Origin: Angustibacter luteus | GTDB taxonomy: Bacteria; Actinomycetota; Actinomycetes; Actinomycetales; Angustibacteraceae | Direction: 5' to 3' | DNA length: 64,000 nt | Assembly (NCBI RefSeq): GCF_039541115.1 | Contig: NZ_BAABFP010000002.1 | Location: 1,116,001 to 1,180,000 of the forward strand | Translations under genes and position numbers: made by a program | Notes under the pieces: model-generated | Database searches by the model: none | The model's input: only the letters and a program-made list of their open reading frames with translations | Told to the model about the DNA's origin: nothing | Shown here: one piece after another, positions 28,100-38,967 of the stretch | Numbering within the stretch: the first letter of the stretch is position 1 | Layout of the letters: each line of letters starts with the position of its first letter

Positions 28100-29032
28100 T
28101 CAGCCCGCACCGATCCAGTCCAGCCGGCGCAGGATGACGCCCTCGCGCAGGGCCCACGGGCAGATGTGCATCGTGTCGACACCGAGCAGGTCCATCGCGG
28201 CGTCCGCCACCAGCGCGCCGGCCAGCAGCTGCCCGGCGCGCAGCGGCGACACCCCGGGCAGCGCCGCCCGCTCGCGGGCACTCATCGTGGCCAGCCGGGC
28301 CGCCCACTGCGCCACGTCGGCGCGGCCCAGGGTGCGGGGCGTGAACGGACCCTCGGACGACGCCGCCGCGCCCGCGACCCGGGCCAGCGAGCGCAGGGTC
28401 TTGCTCGACCCGACGACCCGGTCGGGAGCGCCGGACACGGTGACCTGGCGCACGACCCGGGCGACGTCCGCCCGGACCTTCGCGCGCACCGCGCGCACGG
28501 TCGCGCCGGACGGCGGGTCACCGGGCAGCAGCTCACGGGTCAACCGGCCGGCGCCCAGCGGCAGGGACAGCGCGACGTCCGGCTCCTCGTCGAGGCCGGC
28601 GGCCACCTCCAGCGAGCCGCCGCCGATGTCCAGCACCAGCAGCCGGCCGCTGGACCAGCCGAACCACCGGCGCACCGCCAGGAACGTCAGCCGCGCCTCG
28701 TCGTGCCCGGTGAGCACCTGCAGGTCCGCACCGGTGCGGGTCCGGACGTCCTCCAGCACCGCGTCACCGTTGGGGGCCTCACGGATCGCGCTGGTCGCGA
28801 AGCCCAGCACCTCCTCACAGCCCTGGTCCTCGGCGACCCGCAGGGCGTCCTGCACGGCGGCCAGCAGCGCCGCGTGACCGGCCGCGGTGATCTCGCCCGC
28901 GTCGTCCAGGTGCTCGGCGAGGTGCAGCTCCGCCTTGTGCGAGAAGGCGGGCAGCGGGTGCGCGCCGGGGTAGGCGTCGACGACCAGCAGGTGCACCGTG
29001 TTGGAGCCGACGTCCAGCACACCCAGCCGCAT
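28100..29032 (-). CDS. ppx: Ppx/GppA exopolyphosphatase
   Basis: [31 protein letters not shown]. Confidence 0.9.
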   Translation of the reverse strand: MRLGVLDVGSNTVHLLVVDAYPGAHPLPAFSHKAELHLAEHLDDAGEITAAGHAALLAAVQDALRVAEDQGCEEVLGFATSAIREAPNGDAVLEDVRTRTGADLQVLTGHDEARLTFLAVRRWFGWSSGRLLVLDIGGGSLEVAAGLDEEPDVALSLPLGAGRLTRELLPGDPPSGATVRAVRAKVRADVARVVRQVTVSGAPDRVVGSSKTLRSLARVAGAAASSEGPFTPRTLGRADVAQWAARLATMSARERAALPGVSPLRAGQLLAGALVADAAMDLLGVDTMHICPWALREGVILRRLDWIGAG

Positions 29033-29101
29033 GCCTCGAACCTACAGGCGTACTGTCACGACTGCGGAGCCGTCCAGGCTTCCTACAGGGAGCAGGGCCC
29101 C

Positions 29102-29239
29102 ATGGCCGACAAGTCCCCCCGCCAGAGCATGTCGAAGAAGGCGGGCAAGTCCCTCAAGGAGAAGCGCGCCGACAAGCACGCCAAGTCGGATGCGAAGAAC
29201 AACCAGCACATCGAGATCGTCCCGGGCAAGAAGCACTGA
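29102..29239 (+). CDS. small Lys-rich hypothetical protein (45 aa)
   Basis: GGAG RBS; MADKSPRQSMSKKAGKSLKEKRADKHAKSDAKNNQHIEIVPGKKH; AAG-dominated codon use. Confidence 0.65.
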   Translation: MADKSPRQSMSKKAGKSLKEKRADKHAKSDAKNNQHIEIVPGKKH

Positions 29240-29263
29240 GCCGCCCCACCTAGGCTGGGGTCC

Positions 29264-30079
29264 GTGCCCGAGACCCCGCTCGACATCGCCCGCACCTGGG
29301 CCGAGTTCGTCGATCCCGCAAGCCCCGAGGACGAGCGCCAGGTGTTCCGCTGCGACCTGACCTGGCTGACGTCGTCCTGGACGTGCATCTTCGGCAGCGG
29401 CTGCCAGGGCATCTACGCCGACCGCCCCGACGACGGCTGCTGCACGCTCGGTGCGCACTTCACCGAGAAGGCCGACTACCGGCGGGTCAAGGCCGTGGTC
29501 GCCGAGCTGTCCCCGGAGGTCTGGGAGAAGCACGCCGAGGGCACCGGCCCGCAGGGCTGGACCGAGCGGGAGGACGGCGCCCGCAAGACCCGGGTGGTCG
29601 AGGGCGCCTGCGTGTTCCTGAACTCCCCGGGCTTCGCCGGCGGCAACGGCTGCGCTTTCCACCACGAGGCGGCGCGGCGCGGCGTCCCGTTCCACACGCT
29701 CAAGCCGGAGGTCTGCTGGCAGCTGCCGATCCGCCGCACCTACCGCACCGTCGAGCGGCCGGACGGGACGTCGTACCTGGAGGCCTCGATCGGCGAGTAC
29801 GACCGCCGCGGCTGGGGCGAGGGCGGGCACGACCTGGACTGGTACTGCAGCGGCAACAGCGACGCGCACGTCGGGACGCAGCCGGTGTTCCGGTCCAACG
29901 AGGGCGAGCTGCGCGAGCTCATGGGGGACGCCGCGTTCGAGCTGCTGGCCGAGCGCTGCGAGGCGCACCTGGCCACGGTCGCGGCGGCCCGCGGCTCGGC
30001 GGCCGGACGCCGGCTGCTTCCCCTGCTCGTGCACCCGGCCACGCTGCTCGCGGAGCAGGGGTCCGCCGAGCGCGGATGA
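29264..30079 (+). CDS. conserved Cys-rich actinobacterial hypothetical protein (Rv0495c-like)
   Basis: [40 protein letters not shown]; divergent from ppx. Confidence 0.75.
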   Translation: MPETPLDIARTWAEFVDPASPEDERQVFRCDLTWLTSSWTCIFGSGCQGIYADRPDDGCCTLGAHFTEKADYRRVKAVVAELSPEVWEKHAEGTGPQGWTEREDGARKTRVVEGACVFLNSPGFAGGNGCAFHHEAARRGVPFHTLKPEVCWQLPIRRTYRTVERPDGTSYLEASIGEYDRRGWGEGGHDLDWYCSGNSDAHVGTQPVFRSNEGELRELMGDAAFELLAERCEAHLATVAAARGSAAGRRLLPLLVHPATLLAEQGSAERG

Positions 30080-30768
30080 CCGGCCACGGCGCCATCCCCA
30101 GCCCGAACATCTGGGACGCGCCCGACGTCTACGAGATCGAGAACCGGGCGGTCGACCCGGACGGCGTCATCGAGGCGGCCATGCTCGGCCGGCACGACTG
30201 GTCCGGGCAACGGGTGCTGGACGTGGGATGCGGCACGGGTTTCCACCTGCCGCGGTTCGCCGGACGCGCCGCCGGGGTGGTCGGGGTGGAGCCGCACGAG
30301 CCGCTGCTGGCGCTCGCCCGGTCCCGGGTCGCCGGCCTGGCGAACGTGCAGGTGCTGGCCGGGACCGCGCAGGCGCTGCCGTTGACCGACGCCAGCGTGG
30401 ACGTCGTCCACGCGCGGTGGGCCTACTTCTTCGGCCCGGGCTGCGAACCCGGCCTGGCCGAGCTCGACCGCGTGGTGCGGCCCGGCGGGATCGCCTTCGT
30501 CATCGACAACGACGCCGGCCGGTCGACGTTCGGCGGCTGGTTCCGTCGTTCGCTGCCTCGCTACGATCCCGTTGCGGTGCAACGGTTCTGGGCTCGACGA
30601 GGGTGGCAGCGCGAGGCCCTCGACGTGCGCTGGGCGTTCGGGTCCCGGTCCGACCTGGAGGCGGTGGTGCGGATCGAGTTCGCCCCGGGGCTGGCCGACG
30701 AGCTGCTCCACGAGCACCGCGGGACGGACGTCGACTACGCGGTCAACCTGTGGTGGCGCCGGTTCTGA
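30076..30768 (+). CDS. class I SAM-dependent methyltransferase
   Basis: [21 protein letters not shown]. Confidence 0.85.
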   Translation: MTGHGAIPSPNIWDAPDVYEIENRAVDPDGVIEAAMLGRHDWSGQRVLDVGCGTGFHLPRFAGRAAGVVGVEPHEPLLALARSRVAGLANVQVLAGTAQALPLTDASVDVVHARWAYFFGPGCEPGLAELDRVVRPGGIAFVIDNDAGRSTFGGWFRRSLPRYDPVAVQRFWARRGWQREALDVRWAFGSRSDLEAVVRIEFAPGLADELLHEHRGTDVDYAVNLWWRRF

Positions 30769-30840
30769 ACCCGGCCGCAACGGCCAGATCCACGGGCCGC
30801 AGGGGGTTGCGGCGCAGCGCGATCGGCGGATAGTGGACCT

Positions 30841-31194
30841 ATGAGCGCTCACGCGAAGAACCCCGCACCCCCGATGCGCTACACCGATCCCAACACCCAC
30901 CACATGGACAAGCCCCCGGCCATCTCGCTGGTCGAGCTCGCCATGGTCGGCGCCGCCCTCCTGTTCGCCCTCGTGGCACCGGCGTTCGTGGTGTCACCGT
31001 CGGACACCAGCGCGCCCGGGGGGCGCATCGCCGTGGCCGCCGGGCTGTCGTTCGTCGGCGCCGCGGTCGCGATCGGCGTGGCGATGATGGCGTACAAGCG
31101 CACCCGCAACTTCTCCTGGCTGGTCATCGGGATCGTGCCGTCCATCACCGTGATCATCGGCGCGGCCATCATGGCGGGCACGAAGGCCGGCTGA
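30841..31194 (+). CDS. small membrane protein
   Basis: Three hydrophobic segments; GC3-rich. Confidence 0.65.
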   Translation: MSAHAKNPAPPMRYTDPNTHHMDKPPAISLVELAMVGAALLFALVAPAFVVSPSDTSAPGGRIAVAAGLSFVGAAVAIGVAMMAYKRTRNFSWLVIGIVPSITVIIGAAIMAGTKAG

Positions 31195-31200
31195 GCCGGA

Positions 31201-31223
31201 TTGTCGGCGGGCTCGCCTACGCT
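31201..31223 (+). promoter_or_regulatory. RecA-NDp / PafBC-dependent promoter of radA (leaderless)
   Basis: TTGTCGG-N10-TACGCT then 7 nt to ATG 31231; matches TGTCGG-N10-TAnnnT. Confidence 0.75.
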
Positions 31224-31230
31224 CGCCACC

Positions 31231-32628
31231 ATGTCCGGAACCACTGCCAAGAAGTCCGCGCCGAAGGCCGCCTACCGCTGCGCCGAGTGCGGCTGGACGA
31301 CGACCAAGTGGGTCGGGCGGTGCGGGGAGTGCCAGGCCTGGGGGACGGTCGAGGACGCCTCCGCGGTGCCGGTGCGCACCACGGCCGCGGGGCCGGTGAC
31401 CACCGCGGCGCTGCCGATCCTGGACGTCGACGCGCACCTCGCGCAGGCCCGTCCCACGGGGGTGCCGGAGTTCGACCGCGTGCTGGGTGGCGGCCTCGTG
31501 CCGGGCGCCGTCGTGCTGGTGGCCGGCGAGCCGGGGATCGGCAAGTCGACCCTGCTGCTCGACGTGTGCGGGCGCGAGGGGCGCGAGGGGCGCCGCGTGC
31601 TCTACATCACCGGCGAGGAGTCCGCGGCCCAGGTCCGGCTGCGCGGCGAGCGGATCGAGGCGCTGGCCCGCACCCTGTACCTGGCGGCCGAGACCGACCT
31701 GGCTGCGGTGCTCGGGCACATCGACCAGGTCCAACCGGACCTCGTGGTGGTCGACTCCGTGCAGACCATCGGGTCCGCCAACGTCGACGGCGCGGCCGGC
31801 AACGTCGCCCAGGTCCGAGAGGTGGCCGCGGCGCTGATCGCGGTGGCCAAGGCCCGCGGCATCGCGACGCTGCTCGTCGGTCACGTCACCAAGGACGGGT
31901 CGATCGCGGGCCCGCGCGTGCTCGAGCACCTGGTCGACGTCGTCATCCAGTTCGAGGGCGAGCGGCACTCGCGACTGCGTCTGGTCCGCGCCGTGAAGAA
32001 CCGGTACGGCCCCACCGACGAGGTCGGCTGCTTCGACCTGTCGGACGCCGGGATCACCGGGCTCGCCGACCCGTCCGGCCTGTTCCTGTCCCGCGGCGGC
32101 GCCGACGGCCACGAGCAGGTGCCGGGCACCTGCGTGACGGTCACCCTCGAGGGGCGTCGACCCCTGCTGGCCGAGGTGCAGGCGCTGGTGGCGCCCAGCG
32201 TCCTGCCCTCGCCGCGACGGGCGACGTCCGGGCTGGATGCCAGCCGGGTGTCGATGCTGATGGCCGTGCTGGAGCGGCGCGCGCGGGTCACGCTGCGCAA
32301 CGCCGACATCTACGTCTCGACGGTCGGCGGGGTCCGGGTCAGCGAGCCGGCGACCGACCTCGCGGTCGCGCTCGCCGTGGCCGGGGCGGCGAACGACCGC
32401 GCCCTGGTGCCGCGCACGGTCGCGTTCGGCGAGGTAGGTCTGGCGGGCGAGATCCGGCCCGTCGCGGGGGTGCAGCGGCGGGTCAGCGAGGCCGCTCGGC
32501 TGGGCTTCACGGCGGCGATCGTGCCCCCTGGATCGGCCGGGACGTTCACGCCGCCGGCTGGTTTCCGGGTCATCGAGGCGGGGGACCTCGGCACGGCCGT
32601 CCGGCTGGCCATGACCCGCTCGGTGTGA
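31231..32628 (+). CDS. radA: DNA repair protein RadA/Sms
   Basis: CAECG...GRCGECQAW zinc finger, GEPGIGKS, KNRYG motif. Confidence 0.96.
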   Translation: MSGTTAKKSAPKAAYRCAECGWTTTKWVGRCGECQAWGTVEDASAVPVRTTAAGPVTTAALPILDVDAHLAQARPTGVPEFDRVLGGGLVPGAVVLVAGEPGIGKSTLLLDVCGREGREGRRVLYITGEESAAQVRLRGERIEALARTLYLAAETDLAAVLGHIDQVQPDLVVVDSVQTIGSANVDGAAGNVAQVREVAAALIAVAKARGIATLLVGHVTKDGSIAGPRVLEHLVDVVIQFEGERHSRLRLVRAVKNRYGPTDEVGCFDLSDAGITGLADPSGLFLSRGGADGHEQVPGTCVTVTLEGRRPLLAEVQALVAPSVLPSPRRATSGLDASRVSMLMAVLERRARVTLRNADIYVSTVGGVRVSEPATDLAVALAVAGAANDRALVPRTVAFGEVGLAGEIRPVAGVQRRVSEAARLGFTAAIVPPGSAGTFTPPAGFRVIEAGDLGTAVRLAMTRSV

Positions 32629-32746
32629 GCCTTCTTCTCCCGTGCGCCATTACCCCGATGCGGGCGACCGGGAGGCTACGATTGCCGCCGTGGCGCCGGT
32701 ACGGCCCCACGCCCGCAGGTCAGGTTGACCACCGGTTCGGCAGGGG

Positions 32747-33838
32747 ATGCACGTGGCGCAGATTGAGCTGAGCGAGGACGACCTGCTCCGGTCGACCCTT
32801 GCCGCCGCCGCGCCGGGAACGATGTTGCGCGAGGGTCTCGAGCGGATCCTGCGTGGACGCACCGGCGCCCTGATCGTGCTCGGCACCGACAAGGTCGTCG
32901 ACAGCATCGCCAGTGGCGGCTTCCCGCTCGAGGTCGAGTTCTCCCCCACCCGGCTGCGCGAGCTGGCCAAGATGGACGGCGCGATCGTGTGCGACCGGGA
33001 GGCCTCGCGGATCCTGCGGGCCGGCACCCAGCTGCTGCCCGACCCGTCGATCGAGACCACCGAGTCGGGCACCCGGCACCGCACTGCGGAGCGGGTCGCG
33101 AAGCAGACGGGTTACCCCGTGATCGCCGTGAGCCAGTCCATGCGGATCATCGCGCTCTACGTGGGCAACCGGCGGCACGTGCTCGAGGACTCCAGCGCGA
33201 TCATGTCCCGGGCGAACCAGGCGCTGGCGACCCTCGAGCGGTACAAGCTGCGGCTCGACGAGGTCACCGGCACGCTGTCCGCGCTGGAGATCGAGGACCT
33301 GGTCACCGTGCGCGACGTCGCGGCGGTGATCCAGCGGCTCGAGATGGTCCGCCGGATCAGTGACGAGATCTCCGGCTACGTCATCGAGCTCGGCAGCGAC
33401 GGCCGGTTGCTCACCCTGCAGCTCGAGGAGCTCATCGGTGGCGTCGGCCCGGACCGCGAGCTGGTCATCCGCGACTACCTGAGCCCGGCGGCGACGACCG
33501 TCGACTTCAGCTCGATGCTCGCCGGTCTCGGCGCGCTGTCGTCGACCGAGCTGCTCGACCTCAGCGCGGTGGCCCGGCTGATGGGCTACAGCGTCGTCGG
33601 CGACGCCCTCGACGCGGCGGTGAGCCCGCACGGGTACCGGCTGCTGTCGAAGGTGCCCCGCCTGCCCGGCGCGATCGTCGAGCGGCTCGTCGAGCACTTC
33701 GGCAGCCTGCAGAAGCTGCTGGCCGCCGGCCTGGAGGACCTGCAGGCCGTCGACGGCGTCGGCGAGGGCCGCGCGCGCGCCGTCCGCGAGGGTCTGAGCC
33801 GCCTCGCGGAGTCCAGCATCCTCGAGCGCTACGTCTAA
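32747..33838 (+). CDS. disA: DNA integrity scanning diadenylate cyclase DisA
   Basis: [15 protein letters not shown]-terminal HhH; follows radA. Confidence 0.95.
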   Translation: MHVAQIELSEDDLLRSTLAAAAPGTMLREGLERILRGRTGALIVLGTDKVVDSIASGGFPLEVEFSPTRLRELAKMDGAIVCDREASRILRAGTQLLPDPSIETTESGTRHRTAERVAKQTGYPVIAVSQSMRIIALYVGNRRHVLEDSSAIMSRANQALATLERYKLRLDEVTGTLSALEIEDLVTVRDVAAVIQRLEMVRRISDEISGYVIELGSDGRLLTLQLEELIGGVGPDRELVIRDYLSPAATTVDFSSMLAGLGALSSTELLDLSAVARLMGYSVVGDALDAAVSPHGYRLLSKVPRLPGAIVERLVEHFGSLQKLLAAGLEDLQAVDGVGEGRARAVREGLSRLAESSILERYV

Positions 33839-33961
33839 CCCCGCCCCCCCTCACCTGACACGGTGGCTGGCCCGGGTTGTCGCGACGCAACGTGCCGCCG
33901 CGACAGGAACGCGGCGACACCAGGCGGGCGTCGACGCAGGCAGCGCGAGGAACGAGGGAGC

Positions 33962-34852
33962 GTGGCGAGCGAGCTGGTGGGGGCGCTGGTCGGTTGGTAC
34001 GACGCCAACGCCCGCGAGCTGCCGTGGCGCCAGCCGGACCGCACGGCCTGGGGCGTCCTGGTCAGCGAGGTGATGCTGCAGCAGACGCCCGTCCGCCGGG
34101 TCGAGCCGGTCTGGCGCACCTGGATGCAGCGCTGGCCCACCCCGAGCGACCTGGCGGCGGCGAGCGCGGGTGACGCCGTCCGGGCCTGGGAACGGCTCGG
34201 CTACCCGCGCCGCGCCCTGCGCCTGCACGCCGCCGCGACCCAGATCCGGGACCGGCACGCGGGCGTCGTCCCGGACGACCTCGACGAGCTGCGCGTTCTC
34301 GACGGCATCGGTGAGTACACGGCGGCTGCGGTGGCCACGTTCGCGTTCGGCCAGCGGCACGCCGTCCTGGACACCAACGTGCGGCGGGTGCTGGCCCGCG
34401 CCGTCCAGGGTCGCGCCCAGGCGGCCCCAGCCCTGACCGCCGCCGAGCGCGCCACGGCCACCAGCCTGCTCCCGGACGACGACGCCACTGCCGCCCGCTG
34501 GGCCATCGCCGTCATGGAGCTCGGCGCCCTCGTCTGCACCGCGCGCCAGCCGCAGTGCGGGGACTGCCCGATCGCCGACCGCTGCGCTTGGCAGCTGGCC
34601 GGCGCGCCGCCCTACGACGGACCTCCCCGCCGCGGCCAGACCTGGCACGGCACGGACCGGCAGGTGCGCGGCCGGCTGCTGGCCGTGCTGCGCGCCGCCC
34701 ACCGCCCGGTGCGGCGCGCCGACCTGGTCAGGGCGGTCCCGGACGACGACCTGCGCGACCCGCACCAGCGCGACCGCTGCCTGGCCGGGTTGGTGCACGA
34801 CGGGCTCGCCGAGCCCGGCCCGGACGACGACACGTACGCGCTGCCCGGCTGA
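33962..34852 (+). CDS. mutY: A/G-specific adenine glycosylase
   Basis: SEVMLQQT, LGYPRRA, GIGEYTA, DTNVRRV, CTARQPQCGDCPIADRC Fe-S motif. Confidence 0.92.
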   Translation: MASELVGALVGWYDANARELPWRQPDRTAWGVLVSEVMLQQTPVRRVEPVWRTWMQRWPTPSDLAAASAGDAVRAWERLGYPRRALRLHAAATQIRDRHAGVVPDDLDELRVLDGIGEYTAAAVATFAFGQRHAVLDTNVRRVLARAVQGRAQAAPALTAAERATATSLLPDDDATAARWAIAVMELGALVCTARQPQCGDCPIADRCAWQLAGAPPYDGPPRRGQTWHGTDRQVRGRLLAVLRAAHRPVRRADLVRAVPDDDLRDPHQRDRCLAGLVHDGLAEPGPDDDTYALPG

Positions 34853-34907
34853 CCGGCCCGGCTGACCGGCCCGGCTGACCGGCCCGGCTGACCGGCCCGG
34901 CTGACCG
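34843..34907. repeat. tandem repeat, 5 x 13 bp (GCCCGGCTGACCG)
   Basis: Five perfect consecutive copies; the first contains the mutY stop codon. Confidence 0.9.
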
Positions 34908-34930
34908 GTCGGGAGTAGGGTGCTGCGATT

Positions 34931-35725
34931 GTGCGCGCCTTCCTCGTCCTGGTCCGCGCAGGCTTCACGCGGTACGCGGCGTACCGGACGGCGTCGGTCG
35001 CCGGGGCGCTGACCAACACGGTGTTCGGCGTGGTCAAGGCCAGCATCACGATCGCCGCGATCGCAGCAGCCGGCGGTGCCATCGCCGGCTACGACGCCCA
35101 GCAGGGCGCGACGTACAGCTGGCTGTGCCAGTCCCTGGTCGCGACGGTCGGTCTGTTCGGCTGGCGCGAGCTCGCCGACCGCATCCGCACCGGGGACATC
35201 GCGGTCGACCTGGCCCGGCCCCTGGACCTGCAGCTGTCCGGGCTGGCCAGCGACCTGGGCCGCGGCGCCTACATGCTCCTCCCCCGCGGCCTGCCACCCC
35301 TGCTCGTCGGTTTCGCCTTCTTCGGCGTCGCCCTGCCACGCGAACCCCTGCCCTACCTGCTGGCCGCCCTGAGCATCCCGATGGCCGTCGCGATCTCCTA
35401 CGCGTGCCGCTTCGCCGTCAACCTCACCGCGTTCTGGCTGATGGACGTGCGCGGCACGCTCACGCTCTACGTGGTGGCCAGCAACGTGCTGTCCGGGCTG
35501 ATCGTGCCGGTCGCCTGGTTCCCGGGCTGGATGAGCACGATCGCGCACGCCACCCCGTTCCCGTCGATGCTGCAGGTGCCGGTCGACGTCCTGTCCGGTC
35601 GGGTGCACGGTTGGGCCGCGGTCGAGCTGCTGGTCGTCCAGGCCGCCTGGCTTGCCGCGACGCTGCTGCTCGGCCGGGTCGTCCTGGCGCGGGCCACCCG
35701 CAAGCTGGTGGTGCAGGGTGGCTGA
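34931..35725 (+). CDS. ABC-2 family permease
   Basis: RIRTGDIAVDLARP, LSGLIVP..WFPGW. Confidence 0.85.
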   Translation: MRAFLVLVRAGFTRYAAYRTASVAGALTNTVFGVVKASITIAAIAAAGGAIAGYDAQQGATYSWLCQSLVATVGLFGWRELADRIRTGDIAVDLARPLDLQLSGLASDLGRGAYMLLPRGLPPLLVGFAFFGVALPREPLPYLLAALSIPMAVAISYACRFAVNLTAFWLMDVRGTLTLYVVASNVLSGLIVPVAWFPGWMSTIAHATPFPSMLQVPVDVLSGRVHGWAAVELLVVQAAWLAATLLLGRVVLARATRKLVVQGG

Positions 35726-36530
35726 CCTGCTCCGGGACCTGCCGGCCTACCGGGTGCTCCTCGGCAGCCGGCTGGCGTCCCAGACCGCCTACCGGACGAG
35801 CTTCGCGCTGGACCTGCTGGGCCAGCTCGGGCTGGCCCTGCTCGAGCTCAGCGAGATCTACGTGGTGTTCCACAACGTCGACGCGCTCGGCGGGCTCGCA
35901 TTCGGCCCGGCACTGCTCGTCTTCGCCCTGGCGAACGTCTCCTGGTCGATCGCGGACACGGTCGTCGGGCACCTGGACACGCTGCCGAGCTACATCCGCA
36001 CCGGCACCCTCGACGCCATGCTGCTGCGCCCGCTGCCGGCCCTCGCCCAGCTGGTCACCAGCGACCTGTCGCTGCGCCGGCTGGCCCGGACCGCGATGGG
36101 CGTCGTCGTCCTCGTCGTCGCGCTGCCCATCGCGATCGACGACTGGACGCCGGCCAAGGTCGTCCTCCTCGTGATCACACCGGTGACCGGCGCCGCGATC
36201 TTCGCGGCCCTGTTCGTCGGGGCCGCCGGCGCGCAGTTCTGGCTGGTGGACGGCGGTGAGATGACGAACGCGTTCACGTACGGCTCGTCGTACGTGTCCA
36301 GCTACCCGACGAGCGTGCTGCACTCGGTGGCCCGGGTGTTCTTCACCTTCGTCGTCCCGGCCGCCTTCGTCAGCTACCTGCCGACCCTGGTCCTCACCGA
36401 CCAGGCCGGCCCGCCGGGGCTGCCGGCGTGGCTGGGCTGGTTCACGCCGGTGATGGCGGCGCTGGCGTGGGCGGCGGCGCTGCTGTGGTGGCGTTTCGGA
36501 CTTCGGCACTACACGGGAGCAGGCGGATGA
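35718..36530 (+). CDS. ABC-2 family permease
   Basis: IRTGTLDAMLLRP; YTGAGG C-terminus; overlaps neighbours. Confidence 0.85.
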   Translation: MADLLRDLPAYRVLLGSRLASQTAYRTSFALDLLGQLGLALLELSEIYVVFHNVDALGGLAFGPALLVFALANVSWSIADTVVGHLDTLPSYIRTGTLDAMLLRPLPALAQLVTSDLSLRRLARTAMGVVVLVVALPIAIDDWTPAKVVLLVITPVTGAAIFAALFVGAAGAQFWLVDGGEMTNAFTYGSSYVSSYPTSVLHSVARVFFTFVVPAAFVSYLPTLVLTDQAGPPGLPAWLGWFTPVMAALAWAAALLWWRFGLRHYTGAGG

Positions 36531-37513
36531 GCGAGCAGGGCGCACGGGACGTGCTGACGGTGCGGGACCTGCGGCGCGAGTTCGTGCTGCGCCAGTCCGC
36601 CGGACGGGTCCGCCGCACCAAGCGCGTGGTCACGGCCGTGGACGACATCAGCTTCACGATCACCGCGGGCGAGGCCGTCGGCTACATCGGCGCGAACGGC
36701 GCGGGCAAGTCGACGACGATCAAGATGCTCAGCGGGATCCTGGTGCCGACGTCCGGGACCGTGCGCACCTGCGGACTCGACCCGGTGCGCCAGCGGCGGG
36801 AGCTGGCCCGGCACATCGGCGTCGTGTTCGGTCAGCGCAGCCAGCTGTGGTGGGACCTCCCGCTGGTCGAGTCGTTCCGGGTGCTGGCCGCGATCCACGG
36901 GCTGCCGGACGGCGCGTGGCAGACCCGCCGGGACGAGCTGGTGGACCGCTTGGAGATGGCCGACTTCCTCGCCCAACCGGTGCGCCAGCTGAGCCTGGGC
37001 CAGCGGATGCGCGGCGAGGTCGCGGCCGCACTGCTGCACTCGCCCGAGCTGGTGGTGCTGGATGAGCCGACGATCGGCCTCGACGTGCTGAGCAAGGAGC
37101 GGCTGAGGGCGTTCCTGCGCGCCGAGCGCGCTGAGCACGGCACCACCCTGCTGCTCACCACGCACGACATGGGTGACATCGAGCGGCTGTGCGACCGCGT
37201 GCTGGTGGTCGACCACGGCCGGCTCGCCTACGACGGCACGCTGCCCGGCCTGGTCACCCGGGTCGGCGCGGACCGGGTGCTCGTGGTGGACCTGGTCGAG
37301 CCGTGGCCGGACCTGGTCGACGTCCCCGGCACCCGGCACGTCGGGTCGCAGGGTGACGGGCTGCGTCAACGGCTCGCGTTCGCACCCGAGACCACCACGG
37401 CCGCAACGGTTCTGGCTGCGGTCAGCGAGCGGGTCGAGGTGCGCGACCTCGCGGTCGAGGAGCCGGACATCGAGGACGTCGTCCGCCGGCTGTACCTGTC
37501 CGCGCCGCGGTAG
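36527..37513 (+). CDS. ABC transporter ATP-binding protein
   Basis: GANGAGKS, FGQRSQLWWDLP, LSLGQRMR. Confidence 0.9.
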   Translation: MSEQGARDVLTVRDLRREFVLRQSAGRVRRTKRVVTAVDDISFTITAGEAVGYIGANGAGKSTTIKMLSGILVPTSGTVRTCGLDPVRQRRELARHIGVVFGQRSQLWWDLPLVESFRVLAAIHGLPDGAWQTRRDELVDRLEMADFLAQPVRQLSLGQRMRGEVAAALLHSPELVVLDEPTIGLDVLSKERLRAFLRAERAEHGTTLLLTTHDMGDIERLCDRVLVVDHGRLAYDGTLPGLVTRVGADRVLVVDLVEPWPDLVDVPGTRHVGSQGDGLRQRLAFAPETTTAATVLAAVSERVEVRDLAVEEPDIEDVVRRLYLSAPR

Positions 37514-37531
37514 GCGCTCGAGCAGGACGGG

Positions 37532-38365
37532 TCAGCAGCCGGGCACCGAGTCGAACCGGTAGCCGCGCGCCACCAGCTTCGGCAGCACGACCTTCAGTGC
37601 GGCCAGCGTCTGGGCCCGGTTGCCGCCACCGTCGTGCATCAGCACGGTCCGGCCGGGCCGGGCGTGCCGCAGCAGCTCGCGCTCGATGGACGCCGTGCCG
37701 GGCTTCGCCCAGTCGTCGGTGTCGACGTTCCACAGCACGATGCTCTGCCCCTGGGCGGCGGCGACCTGGCGCACGTGCGCGTCGACGGCACCGAAGGGCG
37801 GTCGCAGGCACGTCGCGCCGGCCGGGCCACCGGTGATCTCGCGGATCAGCCGGGTGCCGGCCAGCTTGGTCAGGTTGCGGTGGTGCGAGGTGTGGCTGCC
37901 GACCGGTTGGCCCGCAGCGCGGACGAGCGCAGCGGTCCTGGGGTGCCGTCTGACCTCGTCACCGATCTCGAAGAACGTCGCCCGGACGTGGTACCGGTCG
38001 AGCAGGGCGAGGATCTGCGGCGTCCAGTGCGGGTCCGGCCCGTCGTCGAAGGTCAGGTAGACGACGTCCGGGCGCTGCTGCGGGCTGGTCGGCGTCCCCC
38101 CGGTGGGCAGCGGGCTGGCCGTCGGCGAGCTGGTCGGGGTGCTCGTCGGCGAGCTGGTGGGGGTGCTCGCGGTCGGCGAGGTGGCCGGCAGGCCGACGGG
38201 CAGGTGCGCGGACGGCGCGTGCTCGGCGGCGGTCGTGGACGACGTCCCGTGGTGGCGGCCCAGGGAGGCGCCGGCGGTGGGCGCGGACGCGGCGAGCGCC
38301 GCCAGCATGAGCGCCACCAGCACCACGGTCCGCGGCCTGCGCAGCCGGCCCCACGACTTGCGCAC
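37532..38365 (-). CDS. secreted polysaccharide deacetylase (CE4/NodB)
   Basis: Signal peptide; LTFDDGP, HTSHH, RPPFG, LMHDGG. Confidence 0.88.
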   Translation of the reverse strand: MRKSWGRLRRPRTVVLVALMLAALAASAPTAGASLGRHHGTSSTTAAEHAPSAHLPVGLPATSPTASTPTSSPTSTPTSSPTASPLPTGGTPTSPQQRPDVVYLTFDDGPDPHWTPQILALLDRYHVRATFFEIGDEVRRHPRTAALVRAAGQPVGSHTSHHRNLTKLAGTRLIREITGGPAGATCLRPPFGAVDAHVRQVAAAQGQSIVLWNVDTDDWAKPGTASIERELLRHARPGRTVLMHDGGGNRAQTLAALKVVLPKLVARGYRFDSVPGC

Positions 38366-38382
38366 GGCGTCCAGCCCCTTCC

Positions 38383-38925
38383 TCAGTCGGTCGATGCCCC
38401 CCTCGCGCCGCTCGGCGGATCGAGCTCGAGCAGCATCCGGGTGTTGCCCAAGGTGTTCGGCTTGACCCGGTCCAGGTCGAGGAACTCGGCAACCCCTTCA
38501 TCGTACGAGCGCAGGAGCTCCGCGTAGACATCCGGCGTCACCGGTGTGCCGTCAATCACCCGAAAGCCGTGCCGGGTGAAGAAGTCCACCTCGAACGTGA
38601 GGCAGAACAGCCGGTGGACGCCGAGCTCGACCGCCCGCTCGACGAGCGCGGCGAGCAGCGCCGCGCCCACCCCGAGCCCGCGGTACTCGTCGCCGACCGC
38701 GAGCGTGCGGACCTCGGCCAGGTCGTCCCAGAGCACGTGCAGCGCGCCGCACCCGGCGAGCCGGCCCTCGGCGCCGTCCACCACGACGAACTGCTGGAGC
38801 CCCTCGTAGTACGCGACGGTGTCCTTGCTGACCAGCACCCGGTCCCGGGCGAGCGGTTCCACGAGCGCACGGATCGCCCGGACGTCGGACGTCCGGGCGA
38901 TCCGTACCTTGAAACCAGGGGCCAT
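38383..38925 (-). CDS. amino-acid N-acetyltransferase (short ArgA-type GNAT)
   Basis: GCGALHVLWDDLAEVRTLAV, FCLTFEVDFF, DEGVAEFLDLDRVKPNTLGNTRM. Confidence 0.85.
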   Translation of the reverse strand: MAPGFKVRIARTSDVRAIRALVEPLARDRVLVSKDTVAYYEGLQQFVVVDGAEGRLAGCGALHVLWDDLAEVRTLAVGDEYRGLGVGAALLAALVERAVELGVHRLFCLTFEVDFFTRHGFRVIDGTPVTPDVYAELLRSYDEGVAEFLDLDRVKPNTLGNTRMLLELDPPSGARGASTD

Positions 38926-38967
38926 GGCGGCCATTCTGCCGTCCGCCGCAGCCGCTGTGAGGGAGGG

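Noticed and set aside
34843..34907. possible CRISPR array
   Set aside because: Contiguous 13-bp tandem repeat with no spacers and no cas genes.
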